Source: Candidatus Falkowbacteria bacterium
Lineage (GTDB): Bacteria; Patescibacteriota; Patescibacteriia; XYB2-FULL-38-15
NCBI GenBank assembly: GCA_016214745.1
Contig: JACRNW010000006.1
Location: 13,367-77,366, forward strand
Direction of reading: 5' to 3'
Length of the DNA: 64,000 nucleotides
Each line of letters begins with the position of its first letter. Position 1 is the stretch's first letter. Below the pieces are notes generated by a model. That model searched no databases, was not told where the DNA came from, and saw only the letters and a program-made list of their open reading frames with translations. A program made the position numbers and the translations under genes. Shown here one piece after another: positions 21,213 through 30,513 of the stretch.

Positions 21213-22259
21213 ATGACGCATGCGGAGTTACAAAAATTCATAGCATTTTTGATGAAGCGCGGCTGGACAGTTTTTGCGCCGGAAAAACGGCCGGGAGAGG
21301 TTGTTTATGCCGAAGTGCAAGACGCCGCCAAAGTTAAGTTGATTTCCGAACCGCCGCTGCATTCATTTAAAAGATTTTTGGTTCCGCCCGAGGAAACGCT
21401 TTTTGAGTACGAAAAAGACAAACTGAACGAGGTTCGCGATGCGGGAATAAAAATTCCGAAGCAAGTGATTTTTGGCATTAATCCGGTTGATCTGAAAGCG
21501 ATTGTAATGTTAAATCAAATTTTTGAGCGAGATCCCTGGTATCAGGAACGGATGCGGCGGACGCTTATCATCGGCCAGAGTTTAATCCCGGCCGATGTTG
21601 AACATAATATTTTTCAAATTAAATACGAAGAAGACATTTTGGAACATCTGCAGTTTGATATTTTTTTGGAAGTGCAGCCCCTCACCCCTGCCCGCAACGC
21701 CAGCGCTAGCGTGGCAGGCGGGCCAACCCTCTCCCCAAAGGGGAGAGGGGCAGAGTATTTTGTCTACACCGGTTCGGAAGAAGGGCAAAGCAGTTTGGAA
21801 GATTTCGGTTATGAAGATTATGAGCACATCGCTTTCGCCGGACCGATCAGGGAAGAGGGTTTTGATCCCATGATGGTAAAATACCGCGACGCGCTCCGAA
21901 AAACTTACAAAAAAGAAATTTGGGAAAATGATATCGGCGCGCGTTGTATTGAGTGCGGCAAATGCACGCTTATTTGCCCGACCTGTTTTTGTTTTGATAT
22001 GAAAGATCAGCCGGATTTAGTGGGCGATGGCGGGGTGCGCAAGCGCGCTTGGAGCGCTTGTTTTTATAATGATTTTTCCGAAGTCGCCGGCGGGCATAAA
22101 TTTTTAAAAACTACGGCCGAGCGGATTCATTTTTGGTATTATCATAAATTTGTCCGAATTCCGGACCAGATTCAGATTATGGGTTGCGTCGGCTGTGGCC
22201 GGTGCGCCAAGGTCTGTCCGGTGAACATAAATATTTTTAAAGTTCTGGCGGCATTGTGA
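21213..22259 (+). CDS. Group 3b [NiFe]-hydrogenase (sulfhydrogenase) beta, Fe-S subunit
   Basis: [31 protein letters not shown]; in-frame REP insert at 21678-21750. Confidence 0.88.
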   Translation: MTHAELQKFIAFLMKRGWTVFAPEKRPGEVVYAEVQDAAKVKLISEPPLHSFKRFLVPPEETLFEYEKDKLNEVRDAGIKIPKQVIFGINPVDLKAIVMLNQIFERDPWYQERMRRTLIIGQSLIPADVEHNIFQIKYEEDILEHLQFDIFLEVQPLTPARNASASVAGGPTLSPKGRGAEYFVYTGSEEGQSSLEDFGYEDYEHIAFAGPIREEGFDPMMVKYRDALRKTYKKEIWENDIGARCIECGKCTLICPTCFCFDMKDQPDLVGDGGVRKRAWSACFYNDFSEVAGGHKFLKTTAERIHFWYYHKFVRIPDQIQIMGCVGCGRCAKVCPVNINIFKVLAAL

Positions 22260-22261
22260 TT

Positions 22262-22673
22262 GCGATACGAATATGCCAATACATACGAATGATACGAATA
22301 AAATCATTTATAAAGAACTTTCTTATAAGATTAATGGTATTTTATTCAGGGCGCATAATGAGTTGGGTCGGTATTGTCGCGAAAGGCAGTACGCCGACAA
22401 ATTGGAAGAACTTTGGAAAGAAAATAAGATTAATTACAAAAGAGAAAAGAAAATGCTTGGCGATTTAGTGACAGGTAACATTCCCGATTTTTGTATAGAA
22501 GACAAGATATTGTTAGAAATTAAGGCAAAAAGTTTTATTGTCAAAGAAGATTATTATCAAATACAGCGGTATTTGCAGACAAATAAAATTAAGTTGGGGC
22601 TATTAGTCAATTTTAGAAATCGTTATCTCAAACCTATTCGTATCATTCGCATTAATTCGTAAATTAGTATCGA
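22262..22673. mobile_element. Putative GxxExxY element bounded by 38-bp TACGAAT-repeat arms
   Basis: Arms at 22262-22299 and 22636-22673; a fused-arm copy lies at 3706-3782. Confidence 0.6.
22273..22662 (+). CDS. GxxExxY protein (PD-(D/E)xK nuclease family)
   Basis: [41 protein letters not shown]. Confidence 0.9.
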   Translation: MPIHTNDTNKIIYKELSYKINGILFRAHNELGRYCRERQYADKLEELWKENKINYKREKKMLGDLVTGNIPDFCIEDKILLEIKAKSFIVKEDYYQIQRYLQTNKIKLGLLVNFRNRYLKPIRIIRINS

Positions 22674-22707
22674 TTTTGGATTAGTCATCTATGGATAGCA
22701 GTTTTTT

Positions 22708-23520
22708 ATGCATAACCCATATCAAACCACGACTGTTAAAATTCTAAAAATTGAGGACGAGGGTTCGCGGTCTAAACTTTTTACACTTGAAGCGCCACGC
22801 GACTTTACGGTTCGGAGCGGCCAGTTTGTGGAAATTTCTCTGCCGGGATATGGCGAAGCGCCGATTTCTCTTTGTTCTGATCCGTCAGTCAAAAATAAAT
22901 TTGAGTTGTGCGTTCGAAAAGCCGGAATGGTGACGGGCGCCCTGCACGCCTTGAAAGTGGGCGATAAAGTCGGGGTGCGCGGGCCGTACGGCCGGCCGTT
23001 TCCCGCGGAAATTGGTAAACAAAGAAATTTGCTTTTGGTGGCCGGTGGTTTGGGTTTGGAACCGTTGCGTCCCGCGATTTGGGAAATCATGAAAAACCGC
23101 GAGCAGTATAAAAAAGTCCAAATTTTTTACGGTGCTTGCGACGAAAATGATTTGCTTTTTACAAAAGATTATGATGAGTTGAAGAAAAAAATTGATCTTC
23201 ATATAACATTAGACAAACCAAAAGGCCTTCAAACTCCGGTGGCTTGCGGCACGGGCGTGGTGACAACGCTTTTTGATCACGTTAAACTTTACGAAAATCC
23301 CGTAGCATTTTTGTGCGGCCCGCCCGTGATGTATAAATTTGTTATCAAAAAATTAAAAGAATTAGCTTTTTTGGACAGTGATATATATCTATCGCTTGAG
23401 CGGCGGATGCATTGCGGCGTCGGCGTCTGCAATCATTGCGCCGTCGGAAGTTTTTTTGTCTGCCAGGACGGTCCGGTTTTTTCCTGGGCCGAGTTGAAAG
23501 ATATAAAAGGAGCGATTTAA
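22708..23520 (+). CDS. Group 3b hydrogenase gamma subunit (FAD/NAD(P)-binding, 2Fe-2S)
   Basis: GEAPISL, RGPYG, AGGLGL, CGPPVM, ERRMHCGVGVCNHC, CQDGPVF. Confidence 0.9.
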   Translation: MHNPYQTTTVKILKIEDEGSRSKLFTLEAPRDFTVRSGQFVEISLPGYGEAPISLCSDPSVKNKFELCVRKAGMVTGALHALKVGDKVGVRGPYGRPFPAEIGKQRNLLLVAGGLGLEPLRPAIWEIMKNREQYKKVQIFYGACDENDLLFTKDYDELKKKIDLHITLDKPKGLQTPVACGTGVVTTLFDHVKLYENPVAFLCGPPVMYKFVIKKLKELAFLDSDIYLSLERRMHCGVGVCNHCAVGSFFVCQDGPVFSWAELKDIKGAI

Positions 23521-23541
23521 TGTTTAAATAAAAAATTTGAT

Positions 23542-24813
23542 GTGTGCTTAACCATTCCCGGTAAAGTTATAGAAATTAAAGATCAAAATGCCTTACTCAA
23601 AACATCAAGTGGAGTAAGGCAAATTAATATTGGGCTCATATCACGCGTAAAAGTAGGTGATTGGCTTCTTGCTTCAATTGATTTAGCGGTCAAAAAAATA
23701 AAAGCGAAAGATGCGGAGGAAATTTTAGAATTACTCAGCGGAAAAAAAATAACAGATACAAATAACGTTAGTTTTAAATTTAGAGAAATTCTAAAAAATG
23801 CTCAAATTGGAGATTTAACAAAAGAAGAAATTATTTATTTACTTAAAACGGAAGGGCAAGAAAAGGAAGTATTATTTTCCGAGGCAGATGCGGTGTGTAA
23901 AGAAAATTTAAAAGATTTTATTTGCTTACATGCGATTGTTGAATTTTCAAATTATTGCGCAAATAATTGTTTTTATTGTGGGCTCCGGAGCGAGAATAAA
24001 ACTGTTGTCCGTTATAGAATGAGTATTTCGGAAATTGTTAAAGTCGCAAATGAAGCGGTCAACAAAATCGGCTATAAGATGATTGTGCTCCAGTCGGGCG
24101 CGGATATGCAATACACAGATGAAATGTTGGTTGAAATTATTAAAAAAATTAAAGCCAAAAGTCGGTGTTTTATTTTTATGAGTGTGGGGGAGCGAAGCGT
24201 TCAATGTTACAAAAAAATGAAAAAAGCGGGGGCGAATGGCGTTTTATTTAGATTTGAAACTTCAAATCCGAAACTTTATAATATTTTACATCCTAAAAAT
24301 ACTTTAAAGGGTGGGCTTCAAAATCGGTTGGCTCTTTTGCGAGAGATAAAAAAAATGGGATATTATATTTCATCAGGTCCGATTATAGGATTGCCCGGCC
24401 AGACTCTAGAAGATTTAGCAGATGATATTTTGATGATGAAAAAATTGAGCGTTGGCATGGCTTCAATGGGCCCGTTTATTCCGTGTGACGGGACACCCTT
24501 AGCGGGCGAGTCGCACGGCGATGTTGAACTTTCTTTAAAGACAATTGCTGCTTCTCGTCTTTTGATACCGAAGGCGCGCATTCCGGTAACAACAGCACTC
24601 GAAACACTTGATCCGCAAAACGCGCGTAAACGAGGATTGCAAAGTGGAGCCAATTCTTTAATGTTTAATTTGACTCCGGCGAAATATCGCAGTAAATACA
24701 AAATTTATCCAAATAAATTTCACGGGCGAGATAAAGATTTGGAAGATTTTGCCCTATACAAGGGAAAGGAGAGTTGGGAAATGCTCACAAGAGAATTTAA
24801 AAAATATATTTGA
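23542..24813 (+). CDS. hydE: HypC-like domain fused to a HydE-like radical SAM enzyme
   Basis: N-terminal MCLTIPGKVIEI...VKVGDWLL (HypC; GTG start), then EFSNYCANNCFYCGLR, VLQSG, GPFIP..GTPL, TTALET, GAN, YKIYPNK (HydE YxxY). Confidence 0.8.
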   Translation: MCLTIPGKVIEIKDQNALLKTSSGVRQINIGLISRVKVGDWLLASIDLAVKKIKAKDAEEILELLSGKKITDTNNVSFKFREILKNAQIGDLTKEEIIYLLKTEGQEKEVLFSEADAVCKENLKDFICLHAIVEFSNYCANNCFYCGLRSENKTVVRYRMSISEIVKVANEAVNKIGYKMIVLQSGADMQYTDEMLVEIIKKIKAKSRCFIFMSVGERSVQCYKKMKKAGANGVLFRFETSNPKLYNILHPKNTLKGGLQNRLALLREIKKMGYYISSGPIIGLPGQTLEDLADDILMMKKLSVGMASMGPFIPCDGTPLAGESHGDVELSLKTIAASRLLIPKARIPVTTALETLDPQNARKRGLQSGANSLMFNLTPAKYRSKYKIYPNKFHGRDKDLEDFALYKGKESWEMLTREFKKYI

Positions 24814-24815
24814 TT

Positions 24816-26189
24816 ATGGAAATAATTAATCAAGAAAAAATTTTTGATATTTTGGAAAAAACAAAAGACGCGAGCCAGAGCCGTTTTGAAGAAATAATTA
24901 ATAAAGCGAAAAAGATAAAAAGTTTAGATTTAGAAGAGGTGGGCATTTTGATAAATATTAGCGATGAAAAATTGATACAGAAAATGCAACAGGCGGCGCG
25001 CGAGATAAAAATGGCAATTTACGGGCCACGCCTGGTTTTGTTTGCCCCACTTTATGTTTCAAGTTTTTGTATCAACGACTGTGAGTATTGCGGTTTTCAT
25101 TGCCGGAATGCGACGCCGCGGAAAAAATTATCTTTGGATGAAGTGCGGCAGCAGGTGGAAATTTTGGAAGACATGGGGCACAAGAGATTGCTTTTGGAAT
25201 TTGGTGAAGATCCAAAAGAAAATCCGATTGATTATGTAACAGGTGTAATTAAAACAATTTATGCTACTAAAAAGGATCGCGGTTCAATTCGTAGAGTTAA
25301 TGTTAATATCGCCGCAACGAGCGTGGAAAATTATAAAAAATTAAAAGAAGCGGGGATCGGTACTTATCAACTTTTCCAAGAAACTTATCATCGGCCGACT
25401 TACGAAAAACTTCATTGCGGTCCAAAGGCGGATTACGATCGACAGATTACGGCCATGGATCACGCTTTTGCGGGAGGAATTGATGATTTGGGAATCGGTG
25501 TGCTGTTTGGTCTTTATGATTGGCGTTTTGAGGTTTTAAGTTTAGCGGCACACGCAGATTATATGGAGAAAACTTTTGGCGTCGGGCCGCACACTATTTC
25601 CGTCCCGCGCTTCCGTCCCGCGCCGACAGTTGATTTTAAATCAGAACACGAAGTCAGCGACAATGATTTTTTGAAACTTATCGCCATTTTACGTTTAGCA
25701 GTGCCATATACCGGAATGATTATGTCTACTCGCGAATCGCCGGAAATAAGGCGCCAGGCGTTTGAAATAGGAATTTCGCAAACGAGCGCGGGATCGCGTA
25801 CAACTCCCGGGGGATATAATGAAAAAAATAAAAAAGAAGAATTAGCTCAGTTCAATTTAAGTGATCACCGCACTTTAGATGAAATCGTCCGTGATATTTG
25901 TAAATTGGGATATTTACCGAGTTTTTGTACAGCCTGTTATCGAAGCGGCCGGACTGGCGATGACTTTATGAAGTATGCCAAAGCGGGAACGATACAAAAT
26001 TTTTGTCAACCAAACGCCATTTCAACTTTCAAGGAGTATCTTCTGGATTACGCAACGCCCGAAACGCGCGAGGTGGGGGAAGAAGTGATTAAAAGAGAAA
26101 TTAAAAAAATAAAAGACGCGCGGGTGCGTCAAAAGTTAGAAGAAAAACTCTCTCTGATAGAAAAAGGAAAACGCGATTTGTATTTTTAG
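24816..26189 (+). CDS. hydG: [FeFe]-hydrogenase maturase HydG-type radical SAM tyrosine lyase
   Basis: LFAPLYVSSFCINDCEYC, FQETY, GPHTISVPR, and the C-terminal auxiliary-cluster motif CTAC-x22-C that ThiH lacks. Confidence 0.9.
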   Translation: MEIINQEKIFDILEKTKDASQSRFEEIINKAKKIKSLDLEEVGILINISDEKLIQKMQQAAREIKMAIYGPRLVLFAPLYVSSFCINDCEYCGFHCRNATPRKKLSLDEVRQQVEILEDMGHKRLLLEFGEDPKENPIDYVTGVIKTIYATKKDRGSIRRVNVNIAATSVENYKKLKEAGIGTYQLFQETYHRPTYEKLHCGPKADYDRQITAMDHAFAGGIDDLGIGVLFGLYDWRFEVLSLAAHADYMEKTFGVGPHTISVPRFRPAPTVDFKSEHEVSDNDFLKLIAILRLAVPYTGMIMSTRESPEIRRQAFEIGISQTSAGSRTTPGGYNEKNKKEELAQFNLSDHRTLDEIVRDICKLGYLPSFCTACYRSGRTGDDFMKYAKAGTIQNFCQPNAISTFKEYLLDYATPETREVGEEVIKREIKKIKDARVRQKLEEKLSLIEKGKRDLYF

Positions 26190-26265
26190 TAGGACTACAG
26201 AATCTAAATAGAGTGAGTTATTGGAAAATAAACGGAGGAAGCGGTACGACTTCCTCCGTAGTGGA

Positions 26266-26904
26266 TTAGCGAAAGATTTTGAGAATTTCGCCAAAATCTT
26301 TCGCTTCGTTGCCAAAATTCCGCCGAGCGTAACACTCAGCGATTTCGGGGCGTTCGATGAGTGTTGAGAGGGAATTTATTGGCACTTTGTGTTCTTCTGT
26401 TCCAACTGTTTTGGCGGCAAAAACAGCGGAATAACCTTTTGTGGAAGATGCCCGTTGTTTTACCCAAGTGAGAGCCCACCACTCGGCAACGGGAATGAAA
26501 CTTTTGTTTTCCTTCCGCAGTTTTCCGACTGTCTCGCCGGAAGAAATTACGTCGTCTATCACTACGACGGTTTTTATTCCGACCAAGACTCCAGGGTTAA
26601 TCCTGCCGACATAAGATCGGGGATTTTCTCCAGGAATCCAAACCCTTTTGGCGTGGGGAAATGCTTTCCATGGCCACTGCCAGAGCCAAAACGGGTCCAC
26701 TTTTTCAATGTACTTTTTGACAATCGACGCTCCGTTACCAGGCAGCACGATTAGTGTTGACCATGGATCAAGGTGTTCCCAGCCCTGCCACGCCAACAAA
26801 TTGCTTGTCATTTCTTGTGCGTCAAGAATTGTCAACCCGAATTTCCCGGCCAAAACTTCCTTGACACCGGCTTCTACACCAACATCAACGATCAAGTACC
26901 CCAT
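26266..26904 (-). CDS. Type I phosphoribosyltransferase-like protein
   Basis: PRPP-binding loop VVVIDDVISSGET; start MGYLIV with AGGAGG SD. Confidence 0.7.
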   Translation of the reverse strand: MGYLIVDVGVEAGVKEVLAGKFGLTILDAQEMTSNLLAWQGWEHLDPWSTLIVLPGNGASIVKKYIEKVDPFWLWQWPWKAFPHAKRVWIPGENPRSYVGRINPGVLVGIKTVVVIDDVISSGETVGKLRKENKSFIPVAEWWALTWVKQRASSTKGYSAVFAAKTVGTEEHKVPINSLSTLIERPEIAECYARRNFGNEAKDFGEILKIFR

Positions 26905-26933
26905 TTTCTTCCTCCTTTGTGCCTCTAGTTGGC

Positions 26934-27079
26934 AAAAGAAAAACCCCTTCTCTTTCAAGAAGGGGTTTATGGTCTTTGAGATCTTAGTAAATATATCAAA
27001 CACAACCAACCTCTTCTTGGAAGAGTCGATCGTGATGATGATTGGAAGTCGGAATTATGTCAGAGAATATTTTATTCAT
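26934..27079 (-). promoter_or_regulatory. His-leader attenuator 2 (leader 27079-26996, terminator 26968-26934)
   Basis: Leader MNKIFSDIIPTSNHHHDRLFQEEVGCV*; CAAGAAGAGGTT can pair with the terminator 5' arm AACCCCTTCTTG. Confidence 0.7.
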
Positions 27080-27612
27080 ACGGGGTTATTCAAAAGTTGC
27101 AAGGTTTTTTTAACTGCTTCTTCGGCGGTCTTAACGACATAGCAGGGAAAACTTTTGCGTCCTTTTAATTTTAAGCTACTCAAAATGTTTTCTCCGAAAC
27201 CTTTAATGAAAATTAATGGCTTTTTGTATCTATAAGCAATAGCCAGTTCAGCTAAAGTTCCTGCATCCCCGGGTAAAACAATAATTGCATCGCAACTTAA
27301 AATACCGGCAAAAAGAAAATCGCCAACATCAATTGGGGTACAGATTTCTATACTTACCCATGGATTTGACGAACCTCTTTCTCTCCCCGGAGTGCCTACA
27401 GTGATGCCACCAGCCTTATAAGCGGCTCGGCAAGCTGCTTCAACTACTCCGCTACAACCGCCGGTAATTAAAACAACATTATTTTTAGCCGCTGCCTTGC
27501 CTACTTTTCTGGCCACGTCTAACATCTTAATTCTCTCTTGCTTATTTTTTGGTAAATTAATTTCTTCGGGACCGATAATGCCAATTTGATATTTTTTTTG
27601 TGGTTTGTTCAT
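27076..27612 (-). CDS. LOG/SLOG family protein (TIGR00725-like)
   Basis: IGIIG, LITGGCSGV, GGITVG, GDAGTLAELAIA. Confidence 0.8.
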   Translation of the reverse strand: MNKPQKKYQIGIIGPEEINLPKNKQERIKMLDVARKVGKAAAKNNVVLITGGCSGVVEAACRAAYKAGGITVGTPGRERGSSNPWVSIEICTPIDVGDFLFAGILSCDAIIVLPGDAGTLAELAIAYRYKKPLIFIKGFGENILSSLKLKGRKSFPCYVVKTAEEAVKKTLQLLNNPV

Positions 27613-27630
27613 ATGTTTATTTTAAAATTA

Positions 27631-27796
27631 AAAATAAAAAACCTCTTGGAAAGAGGTGCAATTTCGTTGATTTAAATAAAATTTATTACCACGACAAGAC
27701 CTCTTTCCTAAGAAATGAAAGAGACGTGATGATGATAAATTTTATTTATATCTTTTTTCATGATTTTAATATACATGATATTAAATATTTTGTCAA
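27631..27796 (-). promoter_or_regulatory. Promoter plus His-leader attenuator 1 (leader 27761-27708, terminator 27657-27631)
   Basis: TTGACA-17-TATATT, ATG 6 nt later; leader MKKDINKIYHHHVSFIS*; GGAAAGAGGT is a perfect 10-nt complement of the terminator 5' arm ACCTCTTTCC. Confidence 0.75.
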
Positions 27797-27825
27797 ATTT
27801 TTAGAGTAAATAGTTTTTGACAATC

Positions 27826-28728
27826 TCAGACAATACTCTTTTTTAGGACCGGCGCAGCGGAGATGATTTTTATTTTGGGAATTTGTTTTGCTTTTAGCAT
27901 GGGATAAGTGTCGGTTATCAAGACTTCCTTAATGGGTGATTTTTTTATTCTCGCGATGGCCGGGCCGGAGAGAACGCCGTGAGCGGCGGCGGCATAGATG
28001 GCGCGGGCGCCGGCACGGTGAAGTGCTTCGGCCGCGCCCGCGAGCGTCCCGGCCGTATCGATCAGGTCGTCAACCAAAACAATGTTTTTATTTTTAACGT
28101 CCGCGCCTTTTGGCAGTGAAATGCGAGCCACATTCGGCCGCGGTCTGTATTTTTTGCAATAGCCGACCGGACCAGCCAAGTTTTTCTTGCCATAAATTTT
28201 CGCGAATTGTTCGGCCCGATGAATCCCGCCTTGGTCTGGAGAAAAAATTAATAAATTATTAAGACACATTTTTTTAAAGTACTCTGCTAACGCCGGATAG
28301 GCACTTAAATGGACAAGCGGCTTGGTAAAAAATTTTTCGTTTTGTCCGCTGTGAAGATTAAAAGTTAAAATTTTGTCCGCACCGGCTGCGGCCAGCAAAT
28401 CAGCCATTAATTTTGCCGTAAGCGGCGCGTTCGGTTGGTCAATCCAATCCTGTCTGGCGTAGCCAAAATAGGGGATAATGACATTTATTTTTTTGGCGGC
28501 GGCGGTTTTTAAAGCATTAATTAAAATGAGTAACTTCAAAAGATTATCCGACGGCGGCATGGTGGAACCAATAACCCACGTCGCCTTGCTGCGAACTTTT
28601 TCTTTTGGCCGGACATAAAGTTCGCCATCGGAGAAATTTTTTATTTCTAAATGGCCGAGTTTGAGGCGGGCGTGGCGTACAAGTGCCTTAGTCAAATCGG
28701 GGTTAGTGTTTGTGGAGAAGAGAAGCAT
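27826..28728 (-). CDS. prs: Ribose-phosphate pyrophosphokinase
   Basis: FSDGE, IPYFGYARQD, SPDQGG, VDDLIDTAGT; start reassigned to MLLFS at 28728. Confidence 0.92.
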   Translation of the reverse strand: MLLFSTNTNPDLTKALVRHARLKLGHLEIKNFSDGELYVRPKEKVRSKATWVIGSTMPPSDNLLKLLILINALKTAAAKKINVIIPYFGYARQDWIDQPNAPLTAKLMADLLAAAGADKILTFNLHSGQNEKFFTKPLVHLSAYPALAEYFKKMCLNNLLIFSPDQGGIHRAEQFAKIYGKKNLAGPVGYCKKYRPRPNVARISLPKGADVKNKNIVLVDDLIDTAGTLAGAAEALHRAGARAIYAAAAHGVLSGPAIARIKKSPIKEVLITDTYPMLKAKQIPKIKIISAAPVLKKSIV

Positions 28729-28729
28729 A

Positions 28730-28884
28730 AAAATTACAAATCTAAAATTACAAATCCTAAATAAATTCAAAACTCAAATATCCAAATTCAAAACTTTTTG
28801 GATTTAGATATTTGATATTATTTGGAATTTGGTGCTTTGAATTTGGAATTTTAAAATTTTGCATTTTGATTTTTGATGTTTGAT
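28730..28884. repeat. Degenerate 7-mer inverted-arm repeat (AAATTCA/TGAATTT family)
   Basis: Tandem 7-mers in opposed arms; half-copy at 4338-4370. Confidence 0.55.
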
Positions 28885-29535
28885 TTATTCTTTGCCGAAT
28901 TTTTCCGATTGTTGAAGTAGGGAGACGACTTCCTCATCCATCGTCTGTCCAAACTCTTCATAAAATGCGCCGACGGCGCCGAAAAAGGCGGGGGCATCCA
29001 AATAGATCAATTCGTCGACTTCTTTTTTAATCAACTTCGCCGTGTCGGGCGGCGTGACGGGAATTGCCACAATAATTTTCGCCGCGCCGTAAAGTTTTAC
29101 CGTTTTAATCGCCGCGCGCATGGTGAGGCCGGTGGCTAAACCGTCGTCAACAATGACGACATTTTTATTTTTCAAATCGAGCGGCGGGCGCGTGCCGCGA
29201 TAGAGTTTTCGCCGCCGCTCCGCCTCAATTTTTTCTTTGGCAATTTCGTTGTCTAAATAACTCTGATTAATTCCGTAGGCGGCAATAGTTTGTTCATCAA
29301 AAATTCCCTCGCCGGTCTCGGTGATGGCTCCGATCGCAAACTCGGGATTTCCCGGTGCGCCGATTTTTCGAGGAACCACAATGTCCAGCGGCAGGTTTAG
29401 CGCCTCCGCCACTTTAAAACCGATGACCACTCCGCCGCGCGGCAGGGCCAGAATTATTGTGTTTGGGGCATTTTTGTATTTTTGCAGGACTTGGGCCAGT
29501 TTTTGTCCGGCGTCGAGACGGTCTTTGAATGTCAT
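28885..29535 (-). CDS. Phosphoribosyltransferase (putative, LPRGG type)
   Basis: FKDRLDAG, LPRGG, RKIGAPGNPEFAIGA, VDDGLATG. Confidence 0.88.
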   Translation of the reverse strand: MTFKDRLDAGQKLAQVLQKYKNAPNTIILALPRGGVVIGFKVAEALNLPLDIVVPRKIGAPGNPEFAIGAITETGEGIFDEQTIAAYGINQSYLDNEIAKEKIEAERRRKLYRGTRPPLDLKNKNVVIVDDGLATGLTMRAAIKTVKLYGAAKIIVAIPVTPPDTAKLIKKEVDELIYLDAPAFFGAVGAFYEEFGQTMDEEVVSLLQQSEKFGKE

Positions 29536-29665
29536 ATTAATCAATTATACCGTTTTTCATGGTTTTTAAAAAGTGGTATAATGTGATAAGGAATCGGGAA
29601 TCGGGAATTAAGGTTATTGCATTATTAAATTTTCCGTAATTCCTAATTCATAATTTATTTACAAT

Positions 29666-30499
29666 ATGCCAGCCAAACCATCCTTTAACGTAAAATTATT
29701 TTTAGAGGAGTTTGTGATTTTTGGTCTTGTTCAGGCCTTAAGCATTTGGGCCGGCCTTTACTTTTTCTCTCACGCCGACTTGGCCGAGATAAAAATTACC
29801 ACTTCTCTCTGGCAGTTTGTCATTGCTTTTGCCATTGCCACGGTTTTGATGATTATCGCCTTGCGGCTCGTGAAGGGAAGTTTATTTTTTAAGACGCTGT
29901 TTTTTTTGGTGAATTTTTTGGGAGCGGGAATAATTTTCGGCATTTTTTTGCCGATGCCCGTGGCCGCCGTTTTGGCGTTTGTTTGGGTTGCCCTCCGGTT
30001 TTTTGTGCCGCGCATTTGGTTGCATAATTTGACAATTATTTTGGGATTGGGAGGCGTTGCCGCGGTTTTCGGCTTGTCGCTGTCCATTGCCGCGGTTTTG
30101 GTTATTTTGTTTGTTCTCTCAATTTATGATTACATCGCCGTTTATAAAACAGAACACATGGTGGAAATGTTTCGGGAGTTGGTGCATCGGGGAGTGATTT
30201 TCGCGGCAATCTTGCCGCTTAAATTTAAAGGTTGGACGGCCGATCTGGCCGAGATTCGGCCGGGCGGTGATTTTATCTTTTTCGGAACGGGCGACTTGAT
30301 CTTACCCTCGATTCTTGCCGTTTCGGCTATTTCGTACGGTCTGGAGAGCGTGGCTTTTTCGGTGGGCGGATCATTTGTCGGGCTCGTAGTTTTGCACATT
30401 TTGTTTACCAGTCAGCGAAAGCGAGCTCCCATGCCGGCTCTGCCGCCGCTCGTATTGTTTTCCGCATTGGGTTTTGTCATTTCATTGTTGATAAAATAA
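29666..30499 (+). CDS. Presenilin/SPP-family intramembrane aspartyl protease
   Basis: IYDYIAV (YD), FGTGD (GxGD), PALP motifs; multiple TMs. Confidence 0.85.
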   Translation: MPAKPSFNVKLFLEEFVIFGLVQALSIWAGLYFFSHADLAEIKITTSLWQFVIAFAIATVLMIIALRLVKGSLFFKTLFFLVNFLGAGIIFGIFLPMPVAAVLAFVWVALRFFVPRIWLHNLTIILGLGGVAAVFGLSLSIAAVLVILFVLSIYDYIAVYKTEHMVEMFRELVHRGVIFAAILPLKFKGWTADLAEIRPGGDFIFFGTGDLILPSILAVSAISYGLESVAFSVGGSFVGLVVLHILFTSQRKRAPMPALPPLVLFSALGFVISLLIK

Positions 30500-30513
30500 T
30501 CCGCAAATACGGT

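Noticed and set aside
23542-26189. Biotin synthase BioB and thiazole synthase ThiH as alternative identities
   Set aside because: The second protein has the HydG-specific C-terminal CxxC-x22-C. The first has HydE-type motifs and a HypC domain. No bio or thi genes are adjacent.
26905-27009. N-terminal extensions in the ORF track (also prmC 13276, tsf 17941, prs 28770, yvlD 53951)
   Set aside because: The extensions run through terminators, promoters or repeats; downstream ATGs fit better.
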